From NCBI GenBank assembly GCA_963782525.1, contig CAWAKC010000004.1:1-64000 (forward strand): a DNA stretch of 64,000 nucleotides. The letters run 5' to 3'. Of this stretch, positions 60,716-64,000 are shown in pieces. Source of the DNA: Candidatus Bathyarchaeota archaeon. GTDB taxonomy: Archaea; Thermoproteota; Bathyarchaeia; Bathyarchaeales; Bathycorpusculaceae. Each line of letters starts with the position of its first letter. Position 1 is the first letter of the stretch. The notes below the pieces were generated by a model, which was not told the origin of the DNA, did no database searches, and saw only the letters and a program-made list of their open reading frames with translations. Made by a program: the position numbers and the translations under genes.

Positions 60716-61638
60716 GAGGGCTCCATGATCATTTGTTGTTGGGTCAAGCCCAGTACTTGCTTACCGTTTTTAGACTTTGCTCGCCAACAATAAGCGATCG
60801 TATTGCTTCAGCATCATAACTAATCAAGCCAGCCATCACAATAGCCGCCTTCTTCACCAAACCCTTAGGCCTCACCCAGCAATTCCTCAAAACGTTAGCT
60901 TTAAGATGCCCATTAAACTGCTCAACCACATAACGCTTAGTCTCCAAGAGTCTAGCATGTTTGATTCTTTTGCGTTTTCCCCTTCTAGGATTAGGAGCAA
61001 TAACAGGCTCAGCTTCAATGCCCTTGGCTGCTCTTTTGTTTGTTTTCGAGTCATAACCCGCATCGGCCAAAACGTATTCTGCTTCCAAATCCTCAATGAG
61101 ACCGGGAAGAAAAGGCGAGTCATAACGATTACCAGGCGTAACAACTGCTCTCAACGGCAACCCCAGCTGATTTACCGCTGCATGAAGCTTGAAACCTCTG
61201 AATTTTCCACGGCTCGTGTGACCCCAGCCCGCTTCCATATCGTAGAGATCCACTAACGGCGTTGAGTCAACAATTAGAATAGTGGTCGGTGTCACTAGTT
61301 GAAGCATAGCCGATATCTTCTTAAAAGTTTCTTCAAGAACGTCAAGATAGCGTCTCCACCATCTTCCAACAGTGGTTCTATTGGGTACTTTGAATAAACC
61401 AAGTGTTCTAGCAACGTCCGTATGCTTCTTTAGATGTTCAATTACACGTGTGTCGTTCTCTAATCCTTTCAGTCTGGCATAAACGAGAACTCTTAGTGCT
61501 CTTAGGCGTCCGTAGCCTGGATTTCCGCGTCTTTTGGGTTCTACAGAAACGATTGCTTTGTTGACGAAAAGCCTGACAACTTCACAGGCTTCCATACTAG
61601 AACATAATTGGGAAGCAGCTTAAATTCTGCACACCCCT
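60716..61638 (-). mobile_element. Insertion sequence (IS4/IS5-clan DDE), ~0.92 kb; ends approximate
   Basis: Single transposase ORF; weak terminal similarity (GAGGGCT versus AGGGGT); no clear target duplication. Confidence 0.7.
60744..61595 (-). CDS. DDE transposase
   Basis: IVDST, GFKLH, LADAGYDS, RYVVEQFNGHLK. Confidence 0.92.
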   Translation of the reverse strand: MEACEVVRLFVNKAIVSVEPKRRGNPGYGRLRALRVLVYARLKGLENDTRVIEHLKKHTDVARTLGLFKVPNRTTVGRWWRRYLDVLEETFKKISAMLQLVTPTTILIVDSTPLVDLYDMEAGWGHTSRGKFRGFKLHAAVNQLGLPLRAVVTPGNRYDSPFLPGLIEDLEAEYVLADAGYDSKTNKRAAKGIEAEPVIAPNPRRGKRKRIKHARLLETKRYVVEQFNGHLKANVLRNCWVRPKGLVKKAAIVMAGLISYDAEAIRSLIVGEQSLKTVSKYWA

Positions 61639-61672
61639 AAACAGTTTTTTTTAAAGAAAAATAAACAGTTTT

Positions 61673-61984
61673 TTAGCTGGTCAGTTCAACTATTGAACCG
61701 ATTGCTTGTCCTGGAACGCCACGTACAAACCTTACTCTAACCATGCCGTTCTTTCCATGTGGACCTCTAACTTTTCCCACAAGCTTTTTTGTTCCATTCT
61801 GCCATGTAACCTTTTGTCCAATTAGTTTACTTGCAAGGGCAACTGAGGTAACATTTTCAAATTCAATTAAACATTCTTGCGATGTTTGTTCTCTAATCCC
61901 AGTGCGGTAATTAGTTATTCTTCCATGAACTTTTTGAGCCAAAATACTCACCGTTAAACCTCCCATTCTAAGGTGTGCTTGCAT
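61673..61984 (-). CDS. rpl35ae: 50S ribosomal protein L35Ae
   Basis: GRITNYRTG...LIGQKVTW...GPHGKNGMVRVRF...PGQAIG. Confidence 0.9.
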   Translation of the reverse strand: MQAHLRMGGLTVSILAQKVHGRITNYRTGIREQTSQECLIEFENVTSVALASKLIGQKVTWQNGTKKLVGKVRGPHGKNGMVRVRFVRGVPGQAIGSIVELTS

Positions 61985-62094
61985 TTAAAGCTGTTCTATC
62001 CAACCAAAGAAACTTTGGATTTTCTATGAAGTGAGTTATCTGTACAAAACTTTTATTGACTATTACATGTTTTAATGAATTAGGATGAGGTTAA

Positions 62095-62871
62095 ATGAAA
62101 CAATTTCTTCTAACTCCCCAGGCAGGAAAACGTTTAATCGGCAGAACCTTGGCAAGTCACCCAGTCATCATAAAAGCACTAAAAAATGGAACCGTGGTAA
62201 TTGTTGCTGGAACAACAAATGGTTATGTAGCTGAAGAAATCCTCAAGATTCACAAAATAGCTGATGATTTCTCAAGAGAACACTTTTTCCGGGGTTTAAC
62301 TTTGCCTCCATCCAAAAAGGTGTCCTTGGAAGGCAGGTTAGAGGATGAAATCAAGTTTCCTGGCGACGTCGTGATAAATAGGGGCCTTTGGAAAAGAGGA
62401 AAAACAATCGCTGATGTAATTGACTCTCTAAAAGAAGGGGATGTTATCTTAAAAGGAGCAAATGCCCTGGATCTAACGCGTAAGCAGGCCGCTATTTTGA
62501 TTGGTCATCCCAAAGCAGGAACCATCGGGTTAGCAATACCTGCGATTGTGGGCCGCCGAGTCAAATTGATTATTCCGGTAGGTTTAGAGAAACGGATAGA
62601 TGGCGATTTAAATGCTCTTGCTGAGATGCTAAATACCCCTGGAGCGTGCGGGTATCGTTTGCTTCCCGTCAACGGAGAAGTGTTCACGGAAATAGATGCC
62701 CTGACGGCTTTGACTGCAGCCAGCGTGAAGTTAATTGCCGCTGGCGGAATTTGCGGTGCAGAAGGCGGATGCTGGATAGCTGTCACTGGCGAAAAAGAAC
62801 AAGAGGAATTTGCCGAGCAAATAATTGCCTCGGTGGCGGATGAACCGCCGTTTAGCATGGATTTCCTTTAG
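62095..62871 (+). CDS. Conserved hypothetical protein
   Basis: [37 protein letters not shown] motifs. Confidence 0.7.
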   Translation: MKQFLLTPQAGKRLIGRTLASHPVIIKALKNGTVVIVAGTTNGYVAEEILKIHKIADDFSREHFFRGLTLPPSKKVSLEGRLEDEIKFPGDVVINRGLWKRGKTIADVIDSLKEGDVILKGANALDLTRKQAAILIGHPKAGTIGLAIPAIVGRRVKLIIPVGLEKRIDGDLNALAEMLNTPGACGYRLLPVNGEVFTEIDALTALTAASVKLIAAGGICGAEGGCWIAVTGEKEQEEFAEQIIASVADEPPFSMDFL

Positions 62872-62876
62872 TTTCT

Positions 62877-63080
62877 TTATTCTTGGCCATGATGCATCAT
62901 GCCCATTCCCATACCCATGCCTTTTCTTCTTTCTCCCATGTTTTTTCTCCAGATGTCAGCGCCCTGCGAAGCTAAATCCATCATCATGTCAATGTCTTGT
63001 CTAACTAGATCCATCACTGGCTTGTTTAGTTCCATTTCAAAGGTAAACTTTACTTTACCCGCTTTTTCTACTGTTTCCAT
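62877..63080 (-). CDS. Small Met/Gly/His-rich protein
   Basis: GGAGGTGG SD upstream; GMGMGMGMMHH tail. Confidence 0.55.
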   Translation of the reverse strand: METVEKAGKVKFTFEMELNKPVMDLVRQDIDMMMDLASQGADIWRKNMGERRKGMGMGMGMMHHGQE

Positions 63081-63290
63081 AAATCCACCTCCTCAAGAAT
63101 CAAAAAACGATCAATAAAACTACCTTATTGGTTAACGATTGCATTCTTAAACGTAAGTGGCTGTATCGATACAACAACAGTTCAAATGTGGCATCAACTT
63201 TTTGGGGTTTGGTCTTCTTTTGGTTTTTGTGTCAAACTTTATATATTGGGCTGGATAATCCATCCAGATATAAGGGGTTTAAAGGAAAAA

Positions 63291-64000
63291 ATGAACAAAA
63301 AAGTTACAATTTCTATTGTCGCAGTATTAATAATCGTCGTAATAGTTTCTGGCGCTTTCATCTACACCAACAACAATGCAGGTTCAAACAAAACGGGTTC
63401 CCAAAACCTATCTGTAATAGACGATGAAGGATACACAACTAATTTCGCCTCAGTTCCTCAAAGAATCATTTCGCTAGCTCCAAGTAACACTCAAATCCTT
63501 TTCGGCATTGGCGTGGGCGACAAAGTTGTAGGTGTTACCGATTACGATCACCTCCCTTACAATTTCGCCGCATGGATAGCCGCAGGCAACATGACAAGTG
63601 TTGGAGGCTTTTCCACACCTAACAAAGAAGCCATCGCTTCACTCCACCCAGATCTAATTCTCGCCACACCCATAAACGATCCTGACGTTGTCACACTCAG
63701 AAGCTTAGGCTACAATGTGTTGGTCTTAAATCCCAACGATGTTAATGGGGTGCTCAAAGATATCACAATGGTTGGCAAAGCAACAGGAGGCGACCAAAAC
63801 GCAACGACATTAGTGAATTCCATAAACAATAAAATCGCTTCCATAGAATCGAAGATAGCAGCCGCGAATGAGACTAAGCCGCTGGTTTACTATGAGGTCT
63901 GGTATCCCGACCCGTTAATGTCGGCAGGTTCAACATCATTTATCAATGATGTAATTGCAAAAGCCGGAGGAATAAACATCTTCGAAAACGAAACACAGCA
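63291..64000 (+). CDS. ABC transporter cobalamin/iron-siderophore binding protein (BtuF-like), truncated by the window end
   Basis: N-terminal TM; VIDDEG...PQRIISLAPSNTQILF...VVGVTDY...PDLIL; not in the ORF track because there is no stop in the window. Confidence 0.88.
   Translation, partial: MNKKVTISIVAVLIIVVIVSGAFIYTNNNAGSNKTGSQNLSVIDDEGYTTNFASVPQRIISLAPSNTQILFGIGVGDKVVGVTDYDHLPYNFAAWIAAGNMTSVGGFSTPNKEAIASLHPDLILATPINDPDVVTLRSLGYNVLVLNPNDVNGVLKDITMVGKATGGDQNATTLVNSINNKIASIESKIAAANETKPLVYYEVWYPDPLMSAGSTSFINDVIAKAGGINIFENETQ

Noticed and set aside
357-62858. Numerous antisense or alternate-frame ORFs in the six-frame track (e.g. 19549-20046, 33385-33789, 45629-46102, 60777-61256)
   Set aside because: They lie within well-supported genes and have no recognisable motifs; treated as shadows.
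63081-63290. Cobalamin riboswitch upstream of the BtuF-like gene; ORF 63128-63427
   Set aside because: No B12-box or GGGAA...GCCACTG-type consensus seen; the ORF is an off-frame shadow of the real gene starting at 63291.

Overview
Archaeal DNA, most consistent with Bathyarchaeia (archaeal SRP RNA, aIF-1A, L35Ae, TATA-type promoters, many TTG/GTG starts; the lineage is inferred). Bases ~1-39,150 are an integrated head-tail (siphovirus-like) provirus ending at the 3' end of tRNA-Lys(CTT). It carries an early/DNA-modification block, terminase, a split portal, an HK97-type capsid and a non-contractile tail with a -1 frameshifted chaperone. It also carries a divergent RHH switch with a tyrosine integrase, and several cargoes: a CheB-CheR-PAS-histidine kinase, an AT-rich moron, a type III-like R-M pair, and a 1060-aa membrane protein whose C-terminus looks like an E-loop-less HK97 capsid fold. 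Bases ~39,230-64,000 are host chromosome: trpEGDCBA, SRP RNA, a PAS/GAF kinase, a decayed MNT-HEPN pair, a CxxC-x17-CxxC/SSB/aIF-1A cluster, an IS element, rpl35ae and a BtuF-like binding protein. The two most striking hypotheses are (1) a membrane-tethered capsid-mimic protein in the provirus defence island, and (2) a trpE with no in-frame start that is reachable by a prfB-like +1 frameshift at CTT-TGG, i.e. a possible tryptophan-sensing frameshift. Several single-base breaks elsewhere mean assembly error must be excluded for every frameshift claim. All calls come from reading motifs by eye; no searches were run.
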